DNA of 64,000 bases from Bdellovibrionota bacterium (GCA_041739995.1 JBGSMV010000029.1:64001-128000), one strand, 5' to 3'; numbered from the stretch's first letter, positions 29,092 to 39,054 are shown. Notes: generated by a model not told the origin, from the letters alone. Translations and numbers: made by a program.

Positions 29092-29826
29092 GTGATGCGG
29101 ATGTTCTCAAAAATGTTTTTCAGACCGAAAGGACCAAACGCTATCTTTTCCGAAGAAAAGTTCTCTGAAGGGAAGAGCTTTGGAGCGCTGCGTGCTTGTC
29201 CAGTTCTCGTAGGTGTCGGCCTTGCTGCTACCGGATTGCTTGGTTGCGGTATGGGCCCCGTGCCTACAAGCATGGTGGTGACACAGGTAGCCCCGCAGAG
29301 TCAGCCCACAGAGCTGGTGGCTGCGCCCGAAACATCCGATTCCAATGATCAAGCCGTGGCTGGAGACCTGGCTCTTCACTCCTATGAGGACTGTGTTGCT
29401 GCCGGCAACATGACCACTCGTTCAATTCCACCAAGATGCGTGACTAAGGGTGGAAAAAGTTTTGTGCGTGGGAAGGATTCTTTGCGTGTAACTAAGCCGC
29501 AGGGTGCGCAGACTGTAGTTGGGGCAAATCCGGCTGCTGCGAATCAGAGTACCATCGACACATTTGAAGATTGCGTGGCAGCAGGCTTTGCCATTCGCAG
29601 AACGTTGCCGCCAAGTTGCGCCGACGGTAAAGGGCGTGTCTTTACTGAAGGCATTCTTGGAGTCGCACGATATGAGGGATCTTCTGGTGCCCAAGCAGAA
29701 GCCGGCGGAAAACTCTGCAAGGATAATTGCGGAGACGGAAGCTGTCAGGAAATTGTGTGCATGGCGCTTGGGTGCCCTTGTCCAGAGACCGCTGACTCTT
29801 GTCCCTCAGACTGCTCCGGAGATTAG
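29092..29826 (+). CDS. Cys-rich lipoprotein with two (S/T)(Y/F)EDCVAAG..PPxC repeats; start uncertain
   Basis: LLGC lipobox; C-terminal CKDNCGDGSCQEIVCMALGCPCPETADSCPSDC. Confidence 0.7.
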   Translation: MMRMFSKMFFRPKGPNAIFSEEKFSEGKSFGALRACPVLVGVGLAATGLLGCGMGPVPTSMVVTQVAPQSQPTELVAAPETSDSNDQAVAGDLALHSYEDCVAAGNMTTRSIPPRCVTKGGKSFVRGKDSLRVTKPQGAQTVVGANPAAANQSTIDTFEDCVAAGFAIRRTLPPSCADGKGRVFTEGILGVARYEGSSGAQAEAGGKLCKDNCGDGSCQEIVCMALGCPCPETADSCPSDCSGD

Positions 29827-29877
29827 TCTGCGGCGCGAGATCCGCGCCTGGACGGTTCTCTTAACTACAGAATCATC

Positions 29878-30660
29878 GTGAACTTCATATTTATCTTCAA
29901 GGCTGAATGCGTTTCGGGCGATGAGTGGCGACTACGTGGCGCGCGGGCAAAACGCGCACTCGAAGTACACCGACTTGAAGTTGGGCAAGTGCGCGCGCTG
30001 TTACTGGAGGGGCAGGGGCAAAGTGAAGCTGAAGTCCTGGCGGTCTCCAGTGAAGAAGTGAAATTTCGACTTTGTGCGCGAGCGACAGACTCGGCTGGAG
30101 AGGCGGCTATTGTAAAACCAAGCGCCTCAATTTTATCCGGAAGTGTGCGTTGTATCGTAGGGCTCGCGCGGCCTCAAACCTCTAAAAAGGTAATGGAATA
30201 CTGTGCGAGTGCGGGCTTTCAAGAGATTCATTTTGTCTCCACAGAAAGAGGAGAAAAAAGCTACGAATCGTCAAAAGTCTTTGAACCTGCGTCCATGAAT
30301 GAACAGCTGTTGCTGGGGGCGGAGCAAGGGGGAGTAGCTTTTCTTCCGCATGTTCAGGTGTGGAGTCACCTCAAGGTGCTATTTTCGGAGCATCTTCCAC
30401 CCACTGCTGAAACTTCAACGGAATTCCGACTTCTTGCGGATACTCAAGGCGCGACACCCAATGCTTGGAAGTCGGTCACTCCCGGCATAGACTCCCCGAT
30501 TTGGGCGGCAATTGGTCCCGAACCCGGATGGAGCGATGAAGAGCGTGAGCTCTTTCAGAATCGCGGATTTCTTTCGGTTTCTCTGGGTTCTTCGGTGCTA
30601 CGCGTGGAGCACGCTCTCGCCACGTTGACGGGGGCTCTATTTGCTCTCGAAAGGGCATAG
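29878..30660 (+). CDS. rsmE: 16S rRNA m3U1498 methyltransferase RsmE (divergent)
   Basis: AIGPEPGWS..E, SLGSSVLRVEHA, GAEQG. Confidence 0.85.
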   Translation: MNFIFIFKAECVSGDEWRLRGARAKRALEVHRLEVGQVRALLLEGQGQSEAEVLAVSSEEVKFRLCARATDSAGEAAIVKPSASILSGSVRCIVGLARPQTSKKVMEYCASAGFQEIHFVSTERGEKSYESSKVFEPASMNEQLLLGAEQGGVAFLPHVQVWSHLKVLFSEHLPPTAETSTEFRLLADTQGATPNAWKSVTPGIDSPIWAAIGPEPGWSDEERELFQNRGFLSVSLGSSVLRVEHALATLTGALFALERA

Positions 30661-30784
30661 CCCTCGCCCGTCGTCTTGCCGTTCTTGCTCCGCAAAGGTT
30701 CCGCTCAAGTTTTTCTGCCGGTGTTGCCGATTACTTCTCTGTCGAGGGGTGCGCCATTTACTCTAGTAGCTAAGGGTTTTTCGT

Positions 30785-31366
30785 ATGGCAAAAGCGGAAG
30801 AGGCAAAGAAAGAGGCAGGGGCTGAAGCTCCAAAGAAAAAGGGCAACAAGATGGTGCTTATCATCGTCGTTGCGCTTGTGGTCTTGCTTTTGGGTGGAGG
30901 CGGAATTGCCTTTGCGCTTATGAGCGGCGGAAAGGAAGAATCTCATGAAGACAAGGTAGTGGTACCCGTTCTTAAGGTCGCGAAGCTTGACTCCTTCATG
31001 GTGAACCTAGGAGATCCTAGTGCGTTTATTAAAGCCACGATTCTGCTCGAGTACGATCAAAATGTACTCGACAAAATTCTTCAGGGGCAGGGTTCTGGCG
31101 GTGGGCATGGATATGGTGGTGGTGCAGCAGGTGGTGGGGCTCCCGATCCCACGGCCCTTCCTGGATTGATGCAGGGTCGAGAGCCTATGATGCGTGACGC
31201 TATCATTCGAGTGTTCGCTTCTAAAAAAGCGCTTGAGGTGCTTTCGCCTGATGGGAAGGATCAGCTGAAAGAGGAAATTACAGAATCCGTGAATGAAGCG
31301 CTTGGATTCGATGAGCCACTTGTGACAGGCGTTTACTTCACCGAGTTCATAATCCAGCAAGGGTAA
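30785..31366 (+). CDS. fliL: Flagellar basal body-associated FliL
   Basis: KKKG plus TM, FMVNL, RDAII, GKDQLKEEI, VYFTEFIIQ. Confidence 0.9.
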   Translation: MAKAEEAKKEAGAEAPKKKGNKMVLIIVVALVVLLLGGGGIAFALMSGGKEESHEDKVVVPVLKVAKLDSFMVNLGDPSAFIKATILLEYDQNVLDKILQGQGSGGGHGYGGGAAGGGAPDPTALPGLMQGREPMMRDAIIRVFASKKALEVLSPDGKDQLKEEITESVNEALGFDEPLVTGVYFTEFIIQQG

Positions 31367-31465
31367 TGTTTCTTAACGCGCTCGTTGACCTTGCTGGTTC
31401 GCGTGTGCCCTTACCATAGAGTTATCGGCCATTGAGTTTATTACTAGGTCCCACGAGAGGTTAAG

Positions 31466-32083
31466 ATGTACTTTCTTCGGGTGCTTTCCACAGGGTTGTT
31501 AATTGTCCTTCTGCTTGCATTGGCAGGGGTAGTTTCTCCGACACATAACACAGGACCATATCCGCTGATAACCGAGCTTGCGCAGGTCCCGGGCCTGACG
31601 CTCGATCAGTACTCGGTTGCGGGTTCCACCGCGAAGGAAATTCGAGCGGAGTTAGACTGGCTAGGGCCGAAAGACCCCTCGGGTGCTCCGCGTGATGCCT
31701 ATACTGAGTGGAAGGTGTCTTGGCGGTGGCCGGATGGCGAGCGCGGTCCCGACTTCTCAAGAACGCAAGTCGAGCGCAAAGTACGCATTACTCTGCCTCG
31801 ATGGGAGGGAGTGCAATATGCCTCACCAGGATTGAGGGCTCAGTGGAATGATTATATGACGGCGCTCGTTACGCATGAGCGCAATCATTTAGAGCTTGTT
31901 GACAGTGGATATCAAGAAATTCCTCAAAAAATTTCAGACGCATATAAGGCTAATCCTGAGCTTTCGATCGCAGAAGCTCATCAGCTCGCAGGCGAAGTTC
32001 TGGCGAAAATTCGCGCGGCAGACCGTGAGTACGATCTCAGTACTCAGCATGGACGCTCCGAGGGAGTTAAGTTCCCGGGGTAG
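31466..32083 (+). CDS. DUF922 putative secreted Zn-dependent protease
   Basis: Y.V.G.T...I, ITLPRW, HERNH, YDLSTQHG. Confidence 0.8.
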   Translation: MYFLRVLSTGLLIVLLLALAGVVSPTHNTGPYPLITELAQVPGLTLDQYSVAGSTAKEIRAELDWLGPKDPSGAPRDAYTEWKVSWRWPDGERGPDFSRTQVERKVRITLPRWEGVQYASPGLRAQWNDYMTALVTHERNHLELVDSGYQEIPQKISDAYKANPELSIAEAHQLAGEVLAKIRAADREYDLSTQHGRSEGVKFPG

Positions 32084-32130
32084 TAAGCCGAGCTTGGATC
32101 TCACAAGCGGCATTAGCCAGTTTCGCAGAG

Positions 32131-32186
32131 TTTCGCCACAAAGCTTCGCTGGTTACCCTCTGTGTCCACCGTGACCCCCGTGTTAT
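32131..32186. repeat. Family C repeat, degenerate half copy
   Basis: CCTCTGTGTCCACCGTGACCCCCGTG matches the reverse complement of the left arm at 23412-23440. Confidence 0.55.
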
Positions 32187-32331
32187 TAAATTGCCCGAGT
32201 TAAGACATCGGCAACCCTTTAGTGTCAGGACATCGCTTACACTTAAATACCAATTAGAGATCTTACCCTGACTGAACGCGTGGTCCGCCCATTTGGGTGT
32301 TCTTGCGACGGGGGTAGTTTGCAGCAAGATC

Positions 32332-32412
32332 TCACCACAGAGGGAAGGGAGGTACACAGAGGAAAGGATCATAATCCTGCCCCTGACTGTTCTCTGGAAC
32401 CTTTATGGTGAA
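32332..32412. repeat. Family C REP-like hairpin, copy 2
   Basis: TCACCACAGAGG..GGAGGTACACAGAGGA ... CCTTTATGGTGA. Confidence 0.65.
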
Positions 32413-32507
32413 CGCACGTCGCGTGTTCTAAGCGAGTCGGGGTCCAACATGTGTGCCCGCATAAGAATGACTGGGTAGCTGCGTCGCGCCAGAGAAAAAT
32501 AGAAAAA

Positions 32508-32581
32508 TCGGGGTGAAAGGATTCGAACCTTCGACCTCACGGTCCCGAACCGTGCGCTCTACCAGGCTGAGCCACACCCCG
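32508..32581 (-). tRNA. tRNA-Pro(CGG), CCA not encoded
   Basis: CGGGGTG/CACCCCG acceptor stem, CACGG-TTCGGGA-CCGTG anticodon arm, GGTTCGAAT T-arm. Confidence 0.96.
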
Positions 32582-32984
32582 AACTGAAGCCTTTCACCTC
32601 GAAGCGGAGCGTGGCCGCCTCTACAGTAAAATTGGTCTCTTATGAGGATCCCAAGGCGAGCTACTGCTCCGTCTAGGATAATGAGCAAGCGTTTAACATA
32701 CGGGTCTTTAAGGTCAAACCAGAAGGTCCTGAGGCGCCGAAGCGAGCAAACTGGACAGCTATCGCAGTGAAATTAACTACTTATAGGACGGAACAGGTTC
32801 CGGGTCCCATTTGGTTAGAGATCCGGGGCTGTGATAAAATCTGAAGCAATTGACGTGTTTAGGCCGAAATGAGGGGGTGAGCCGGAAGTCACGGCTGGCT
32901 TGTGGTTAACCATAACTCTTACCGAGCTTGGTGGGCCCAAATGCTGGCTACCAGGTTGAACTTGTTACCAGGTGCAGACGTCGA

Positions 32985-33947
32985 ATGGATCTTTTGAATA
33001 GACAGCGATCGACTGGGCAACCGCAGAAGGCGGCAGGGCAAGATACTGCCCGCGAACCAGCGGCCGATCTGACCCAGCTTAGAAACGATCGTGCCGGTGC
33101 AGGGGCAGTAAACACCAAGGGCGCAAGCCCTGCCCAGACACAACGCAGAGATTTCCAAGAGAAGATTCATCCCGGAAGGTTGCGGGACAGTGCCTCCCTT
33201 CGTGTTGATCGTTTACGAACCCGAGAGGGTCGCAGCGAAGATCGCAGGGAAGATAAGCGCCGACAGAAGGACAATGCGCGTGATCGAGTAGAGCAGCTTA
33301 ACCGCGAGGATAAAGTTGACGATCAGCAGGCAGTGGTCGGGAGCCGTCGTAGCCAAACGCTTTCAGATAGAACCGGAGTTGGAGCTGGCGCGAGTGAGGT
33401 TGGTCTGCTTGACCCTGAATCTCAGGCGGCGTTAGACCGTGATCTGTCTGCAAAGCACGATCCGGCGATGGGTAGTCTTGCGCAGTCCGAGACTCTTGGC
33501 GTGGCTCCACAAGAACAGGCGCTTGGAAACTCTTCATTGACGGCGAACGCGGTAGGGACTTCTCAATCGCAAACCGTCGAGCTCACTGTACATCGTTTTC
33601 GCTTCGCAGAGCGCGGACTCGCAAATACTCCCTGGATGCAAGAGCTATATCGGTTCTTTGCAAACAGTGAGCGAGATGTTCTCGGAGAAGAAGAGCGGGA
33701 TAGTGCCGAACGCGCGTTGCTTGAGTTTGACCGGCTTAGCCCTGCCGAAAGAACGCCGGAGAAGATACTAGAGATTCTACAACTGTCCGGCGTAGCGGCT
33801 CCGACTTACCAGAAGATCGGAGAAATACTTCGAGAAATGGGAGCAGACGCTCCAGGGTCTCAGGAGCAGGTCGGGTCTAGGGCGCTCTCTGTGTTAGAGA
33901 ATAAGGACAAGATGGAGAGAATTGTCTTTGACCCCAGCAATAATTAG
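32985..33947 (+). CDS. Hypothetical protein with charged, disordered N-terminal half; start uncertain
   Basis: Long ORF, Arg/Asp/Gln-rich N-terminus, helical C-terminus. Confidence 0.55.
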   Translation: MDLLNRQRSTGQPQKAAGQDTAREPAADLTQLRNDRAGAGAVNTKGASPAQTQRRDFQEKIHPGRLRDSASLRVDRLRTREGRSEDRREDKRRQKDNARDRVEQLNREDKVDDQQAVVGSRRSQTLSDRTGVGAGASEVGLLDPESQAALDRDLSAKHDPAMGSLAQSETLGVAPQEQALGNSSLTANAVGTSQSQTVELTVHRFRFAERGLANTPWMQELYRFFANSERDVLGEEERDSAERALLEFDRLSPAERTPEKILEILQLSGVAAPTYQKIGEILREMGADAPGSQEQVGSRALSVLENKDKMERIVFDPSNN

Positions 33948-34022
33948 CTCTGGGGATTTGGGGATAGCTCCGAGGGGGGCTCGAGGGATTTTTATAACGG
34001 TTTCGATTAGGCAGGAAATTTA

Positions 34023-34496
34023 GTGAACAACGCGATTACACCAAAGGAAAGATACGACGAAATCTTCCAGATAGAGATGGAAGGTTGGTCGTATGGGATC
34101 GCTAATTACCCAGGGGAAATCTTCCCTGAACTCGTATTCCGCGTGCTGCGCGAACTTGAGCCAAGTTTTGTCGCGGCAATCGAGCATCATCATTGCTTCG
34201 ATCTGGTGGCGCTTGCCGAGATGTTTTCCAAGGCCGCTAAGTACCTGGTGCATGAGAAAGACGTTGCCTTTTGTATCCTTTCGATGCTGCCCTCTCCGGC
34301 TCGTTTTGACGAGGATGGGCAGTTTGTCATGGCGCAGGTGATCGATAAGGTAGAGCAGACCTGGAGCGGAGCCCTTGAGCGCCTTGAGAAAAAGTGGCGC
34401 TGGGAAGCCACCCAAGCAAAGAATAAATTGCCTACCAATCCTCGGCGGACTGTCTCAATAAAGACAAATAAACCGAAAACCCCCGTAGCCGCCTAA
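34023..34496 (+). CDS. Hypothetical helical protein
   Basis: 157-aa ORF with AGGA RBS and protein-like composition. Confidence 0.65.
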   Translation: MNNAITPKERYDEIFQIEMEGWSYGIANYPGEIFPELVFRVLRELEPSFVAAIEHHHCFDLVALAEMFSKAAKYLVHEKDVAFCILSMLPSPARFDEDGQFVMAQVIDKVEQTWSGALERLEKKWRWEATQAKNKLPTNPRRTVSIKTNKPKTPVAA

Positions 34497-34595
34497 TCCT
34501 AGCGGATCTCGTCTCAGCCAGCCCAACGTGCTATCTACTTCCTCTCGTCAGTGGGGGCAGCGCCCTCTCCAGGCGGCCGCAGATTTGGAGTGCAC

Positions 34596-36125
34596 ATGAA
34601 CGGAAATGCTAAGAACCCTACCACCGCAATTAGCCCTACACGTAGTCAGGACTACCCTGAATGGTATCAGCAGGTAGTTCGACACGCCGAGATGGCGGAG
34701 AACTCTTCGGTAAGGGGTTGCATGGTCATTCGGCCGTGGGGATACGGAATTTGGGAGAGCATTCAACGAGAACTCGATCGAAGAATTAAAGCGACCGGGC
34801 ATGAGAATGCATACTTTCCTTTGTTTATCCCGCTCAGCTTCTTTCAGAAGGAAGCGACTCATGTTGCAGGGTTTGCGAAGGAATGCGCCGTGGTTACTCA
34901 CCACCGCCTTGAGGAGAAGGACGGCAAACTTGTTCCCGCTGGAGAGCTAGAAGAGCCGCTGATTGTGCGACCAACTTCTGAGATGATTATTGGAGATTCA
35001 TTCTCCAAGTGGGTGCAGTCGTATCGAGACCTGCCACTTTTAATCAATCAGTGGGCCAATGTGGTGCGTTGGGAAATGCGTACGCGCTTGTTTCTCAGAA
35101 CGGCAGAGTTCTTATGGCAAGAAGGACACACGGTGCATGCCACTGAGCAGGAAGCTCGAGAAGAGACCAGTACCATGCTGCGTGTGTACCGGGAATTTGC
35201 AGAAGAAGTGCTCGCGATGCCTGTTATTGCCGGTGAGAAGCCAGATCATGAGCGCTTTCCAGGAGCAGTGCAGTCATTGTGCATTGAAGCCATGATGCAA
35301 GACGGAAAGGCGTTGCAAGCGGGGACCTCGCACTATTTGGGCCAGAATTTTGCCAAGGGCTCAGACATTAAGTTTACCAATGAAGCAGGGGAGATTCAGT
35401 TCGCGTACACCACTTCGTGGGGAGTCTCGACTCGGCTGATCGGCGGAGTAATCATGACGCATGGTGATGATGATGGTCTGCGACTTCCGCCGCGTATTGC
35501 ACCAAAGCACGTTGTAATATTGCCAGTGACGCCCAAGCCAGAGACCACGGGGCAAGTCCTCGCTTTCTGCGAAGAGGTCGCTGCGCGGCTGCGACGCGCA
35601 TCCTACGGCGGCGAGCAGATAGTCGCGCACGTTGATAAGCGCGACATGCGCGGTGGCGACAAAATGTGGCAGTGGGTTAAGCGAGGGATTCCGATAAGAG
35701 TCGAGGTAGGACCGCGCGATCTTGAGAGTAAGAGCGTGGTGATGACGCGACGCGACCGACCCCATAAAGAAAAAGAAACAGTGCCGGTCGATAATGTGGC
35801 AGAGGTTGTGGCTCGAACTCTTGAAGAGATTCAGAAGACCTATTTTGACCAGGCCAAAGCGTTGCTGGAAGAGCGCACGCTGCGAGGGGTACAGTCGTTT
35901 GAGGAGCTGAAGAATTTCTTCACACCGAAGAACCAAGAGAAGCCCGAAATCCATGGTGGCTTTGCGATTGCCAAGTGGTGCGGAGATGCGAGCAGCGTTG
36001 CATGTTTGGATAGTCTAAAAGTAACAGTGCGCTGCATTCCTGAAGTACAGAGCGGCACTCAAGGAACATGTGTGCTGACCGGCAAACCGGCCAGCTTGGA
36101 CGCGGTCTTCGCGAAGTCCTACTAG
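34596..36125 (+). CDS. proS: Prolyl-tRNA synthetase, archaeal/eukaryote-like type without INS editing domain
   Basis: RPTSE, QWANVVRWEMRTRLFLRTAEFLWQEGHT, ALQAGTSHYLGQNF, SWGVSTR, C-terminal FAKSY. Confidence 0.95.
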   Translation: MNGNAKNPTTAISPTRSQDYPEWYQQVVRHAEMAENSSVRGCMVIRPWGYGIWESIQRELDRRIKATGHENAYFPLFIPLSFFQKEATHVAGFAKECAVVTHHRLEEKDGKLVPAGELEEPLIVRPTSEMIIGDSFSKWVQSYRDLPLLINQWANVVRWEMRTRLFLRTAEFLWQEGHTVHATEQEAREETSTMLRVYREFAEEVLAMPVIAGEKPDHERFPGAVQSLCIEAMMQDGKALQAGTSHYLGQNFAKGSDIKFTNEAGEIQFAYTTSWGVSTRLIGGVIMTHGDDDGLRLPPRIAPKHVVILPVTPKPETTGQVLAFCEEVAARLRRASYGGEQIVAHVDKRDMRGGDKMWQWVKRGIPIRVEVGPRDLESKSVVMTRRDRPHKEKETVPVDNVAEVVARTLEEIQKTYFDQAKALLEERTLRGVQSFEELKNFFTPKNQEKPEIHGGFAIAKWCGDASSVACLDSLKVTVRCIPEVQSGTQGTCVLTGKPASLDAVFAKSY

Positions 36126-36129
36126 ACAG

Positions 36130-36272
36130 CTAGAGTCCTGAGTTAAGAGTTCGATAAATATTTCTCGCCGCGCTCGCTGCTCTCCTTGTGAGTATATTTA
36201 ATGAATTACACAATGAGTTCAGCGAGAACAGCGAGAGAAATACTTAAATGAACTTCTGAATCAGCACACTAG
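36130..36272 (+). mobile_element. Family A element, copy 2 (143 nt)
   Basis: CTAGAGTCCTGAGT...AATCAGCACACTAG; whole element is an imperfect palindrome; begins 5 nt after the proS stop. Confidence 0.85.
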
Positions 36273-36403
36273 GGAGCCTCTGAAAAGCTCATGTTTCGAT
36301 CTTTGTGCGCTTTGTGGTTTAATTAAATTTAGGCCAATTTGTAGAGTCTATTTGCACCAGTACTAACACCAAGACCACTAAGATTTTTTTAGAGGTTCCC
36401 TAG
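36269..36403 (+). mobile_element. Family B CTAG-bounded MITE-like element, copy 1
   Basis: TIRs CTAGGGAGCCTCTGAAAA / TTTTAGAGGTTCCCTAG; shares its left CTAG with family A copy 2. Confidence 0.75.
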
Positions 36404-36407
36404 ATAA

Positions 36408-37349
36408 GTGAGTATGAGCGGAAAGTATTTCATTGCCTCATTTTATCAGTTCAAGGAGATCCCTGAGGGTGATCTTGAAACCTCTCGGGCAGCTCTCGAA
36501 CAGCTTGGTGCTTCCTTAGGTATTCGTGGACTTGTGTTGCTGGCTAGGGAAGGCGTCAATGCAACCGTAAGTGGCGATGAAGCTGCAGTTCGCTCCTTCG
36601 TTGGCGCAATCGCCGAGCGTCTCGGCCATACAACTTATCAATTGAAAGAGAGCTCAAGCCAGTCACAGCCATTTCGTCGCTTGGGCGTTCAGGTGCGTAG
36701 CGAATTGGTAACTGCTAAGGGGCACACCTATTCCCCACAACCGGCGGATCAAGCAACGCACCTCTCCCCGCAGGAATGGAATCAGATGCTCCGTTCGGGA
36801 CAGGACTTTACGTTGCTTGATGTTCGTAACTTGTACGAGTCCCGCATTGGAACGTTTCGCGGTGCGATTGCGCCGGGATTGAAGAATTTTCAGGAGCTTC
36901 CTGCCTTTCTTGAAACCAGTAACATTCCCAAATCAAAGCCCCTGCTCATGTTTTGCACTGGAGGGATACGTTGCGAGAAGGCACTCCCTGAACTTCAAGA
37001 GATGGGGTTCGCAAACGTCTTTCAACTGGACGGCGGAATATTAAATTACTTTGAGGCTTGTGGCCCTGCCGAAAGCGAGTTTGAAGGAGAATGCTTCGTT
37101 TTTGACCACCGTGTTGCGGTTGATCAGAACCTGCAACCGAGTGCAATTTACCGGCTCTGCCCGCATTGCGGCGACCCGGCAGATCAGCTGATTGATTGCG
37201 GCAAGTGTGGGAAGCAAGAAAGAATTTGCGAGCGTTGCGTGAAGATCGATTCCAAGCGGGCGTGTTCCAAGAACTGCTCATATCATCTTGGCGTTGAGCT
37301 TGCTCGTCGAGGAGAGGTGAGAGCGGAACGATCTGAGAGTGCAAAGTGA
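36408..37349 (+). CDS. trhO: tRNA U34 hydroxylase TrhO (YceA/UPF0176 rhodanese family)
   Basis: EGVNATVSG, LDVRN.YE..IG.F.GA, FCTGGIRCEKA, QLDGGILNY, F.GECFVFD.RVA. Confidence 0.88.
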   Translation: MSMSGKYFIASFYQFKEIPEGDLETSRAALEQLGASLGIRGLVLLAREGVNATVSGDEAAVRSFVGAIAERLGHTTYQLKESSSQSQPFRRLGVQVRSELVTAKGHTYSPQPADQATHLSPQEWNQMLRSGQDFTLLDVRNLYESRIGTFRGAIAPGLKNFQELPAFLETSNIPKSKPLLMFCTGGIRCEKALPELQEMGFANVFQLDGGILNYFEACGPAESEFEGECFVFDHRVAVDQNLQPSAIYRLCPHCGDPADQLIDCGKCGKQERICERCVKIDSKRACSKNCSYHLGVELARRGEVRAERSESAK

Positions 37350-37421
37350 GAGGGTATGAGAGTGCGCACGCAGCTCTTCGTTGTGCGGTTCTGAGAAGTT
37401 TTCTATCAAAATCAAAGTTAG

Positions 37422-37790
37422 ATGAATAGCGAAGCAGGATTTACCGAACTTTGTGCACGATTCGAAGCAGATCCCAAAGTGCGTAAGGGGATTCGTGGAC
37501 CATTCACCCTTGTACTTGCTGGTGTACTGGCCGGAAGCCCTGCTCGGGCCTTCGCGTTCGACCCTGCGCGCAAGCGAGTCGTGGTGAGCGATTTTGAAGC
37601 GGGGAGCCGGGGGATTTTAGAAGCCGAAGGTAACGAGTGCGCGCTGACCGCCGATGATGCCACTTGGGACGCGGTGCTGTCAGGAAGCCTAAATCCACAG
37701 AAAGCTTTTCTTGAGGGAGCTCTGCGTTGTAGCGGATCAAGCGAGGTGGCGCTTTCGTTAACCACTCTGTTGGCAAGACAGTGGAATTAG
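37422..37790 (+). CDS. SCP2 sterol/lipid-binding domain protein
   Basis: W..VLSGSLNPQKAFLEGALR..G. Confidence 0.7.
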   Translation: MNSEAGFTELCARFEADPKVRKGIRGPFTLVLAGVLAGSPARAFAFDPARKRVVVSDFEAGSRGILEAEGNECALTADDATWDAVLSGSLNPQKAFLEGALRCSGSSEVALSLTTLLARQWN

Positions 37791-38030
37791 TTGGCCCGTA
37801 TAGTTAGTCGTTCCAAGTTGACTTGAAGAATCTGGCCTTATTGGTGCTCAGGCTCAACACATAGAGCGTAAAGCTAAAGTGCCCGAGGATTGGAAGTTCT
37901 CCCCAAGGTATTGAATCTTTTCGACCTCCGGGAGCGGCTTTTCGGCATTTCCAGTCTGAAAGGCTCGGCACTTGAAAGGCGCAGCGGGTGGAGGGATAAC
38001 AGTTGCTCATAATGAGAGCTCAGGGGCATG

Positions 38031-38059
38031 TTTACTTGATGATTTAATTCAAGTATAAG
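38031..38059 (+). promoter_or_regulatory. IscR type-1/Rrf2-like operator overlapping a candidate sigma70 promoter of suf
   Basis: TACTTGA-N9-TCAAGTA inverted repeat within TTTACT-N17-TATAAG. Confidence 0.6.
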
Positions 38060-38151
38060 GTAAGTGCCTGGTAAGATTAATAACTATTTCTGAGAAGACA
38101 TTCCAGAATGGTTCGAGCTTTGAATGTATATCTACTTTTACCCTGGACTAT

Positions 38152-38985
38152 ATGAGTACCCAAACATCTTCCGACTCTTCCTCTGCCCGCACCTCTACTA
38201 AGTCCATGGACCACTCATCCCCGCTTTTGACGGTAAAAAATTTGGTGGCGGGAATTGAGGGCAGGGAAATTCTCAAGGGCCTCAATCTCTCGATTAATCC
38301 CGGCGAAGTGCACGCCATCATGGGACCGAACGGCAGTGGGAAGTCGACCCTTTCAAAAGTTCTTGCGGGTCATCCTTCCTATAAGGTCGCCAGTGGTGAG
38401 GTCTTGTTCGACGGACAGAATCTGCTTGATTTCGAGCCTGACGAGCGAGCTCGTCAGGGACTCTTCCTTGCCTTTCAGTACCCCCAAGAGATTCCTGGGG
38501 TGTCGATCATGAACTTCCTTCGCACCGCACTCAACACGCGCCGAGAAAAGGACATGCCGGTGCTTGAGTTCCGTAAGTTGCTGCAGGAGAAAATGGAAAT
38601 GCTCGAAATGGACAAGTCCTTCGCTACGCGTTTCGTGAATGACGGGTTTAGCGGTGGCGAGAAGAAGCGCAACGAGATTCTTCAAATGGCCGTGCTTGAA
38701 CCACGCTTGGCGGTTTTAGACGAAACTGATTCCGGTCTGGATATTGATGCTCTCAAGATAGTGGCAAGCGGAGTGAACCGTATTCGTGAGGAGAGCAAGA
38801 ATAAACCCGCGGTGTTGGTGATTACGCATTATCACCGTATTCTTGAGCACTTAAAGCCTGATTTTGTGCATGTTCTTCACGACGGGCAGATCGTGCGTTC
38901 CGGCACGAGGGACTTGGCGCTGGAGCTTGAGTCTTTGGGCTATGATTGGATTACAGATTCGGCATTGAGCGCCCCAAATAATTGA
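38152..38985 (+). CDS. sufC: Fe-S cluster assembly ATPase SufC
   Basis: [51 protein letters not shown]. Confidence 0.97.
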   Translation: MSTQTSSDSSSARTSTKSMDHSSPLLTVKNLVAGIEGREILKGLNLSINPGEVHAIMGPNGSGKSTLSKVLAGHPSYKVASGEVLFDGQNLLDFEPDERARQGLFLAFQYPQEIPGVSIMNFLRTALNTRREKDMPVLEFRKLLQEKMEMLEMDKSFATRFVNDGFSGGEKKRNEILQMAVLEPRLAVLDETDSGLDIDALKIVASGVNRIREESKNKPAVLVITHYHRILEHLKPDFVHVLHDGQIVRSGTRDLALELESLGYDWITDSALSAPNN

Positions 38986-39054
38986 GCGCGCCGAATGAAT
39001 TGCCTAGATAAATTGCCTGAATAAACAGATTGAGCGATTCAAAGGAATCATTAA

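Noticed and set aside
30705..30733. Sigma28 promoter before fliL (TCAA...GCCGATTA)
   Set aside because: The spacer is 17 nt against the usual 15; plausible but not supportable.
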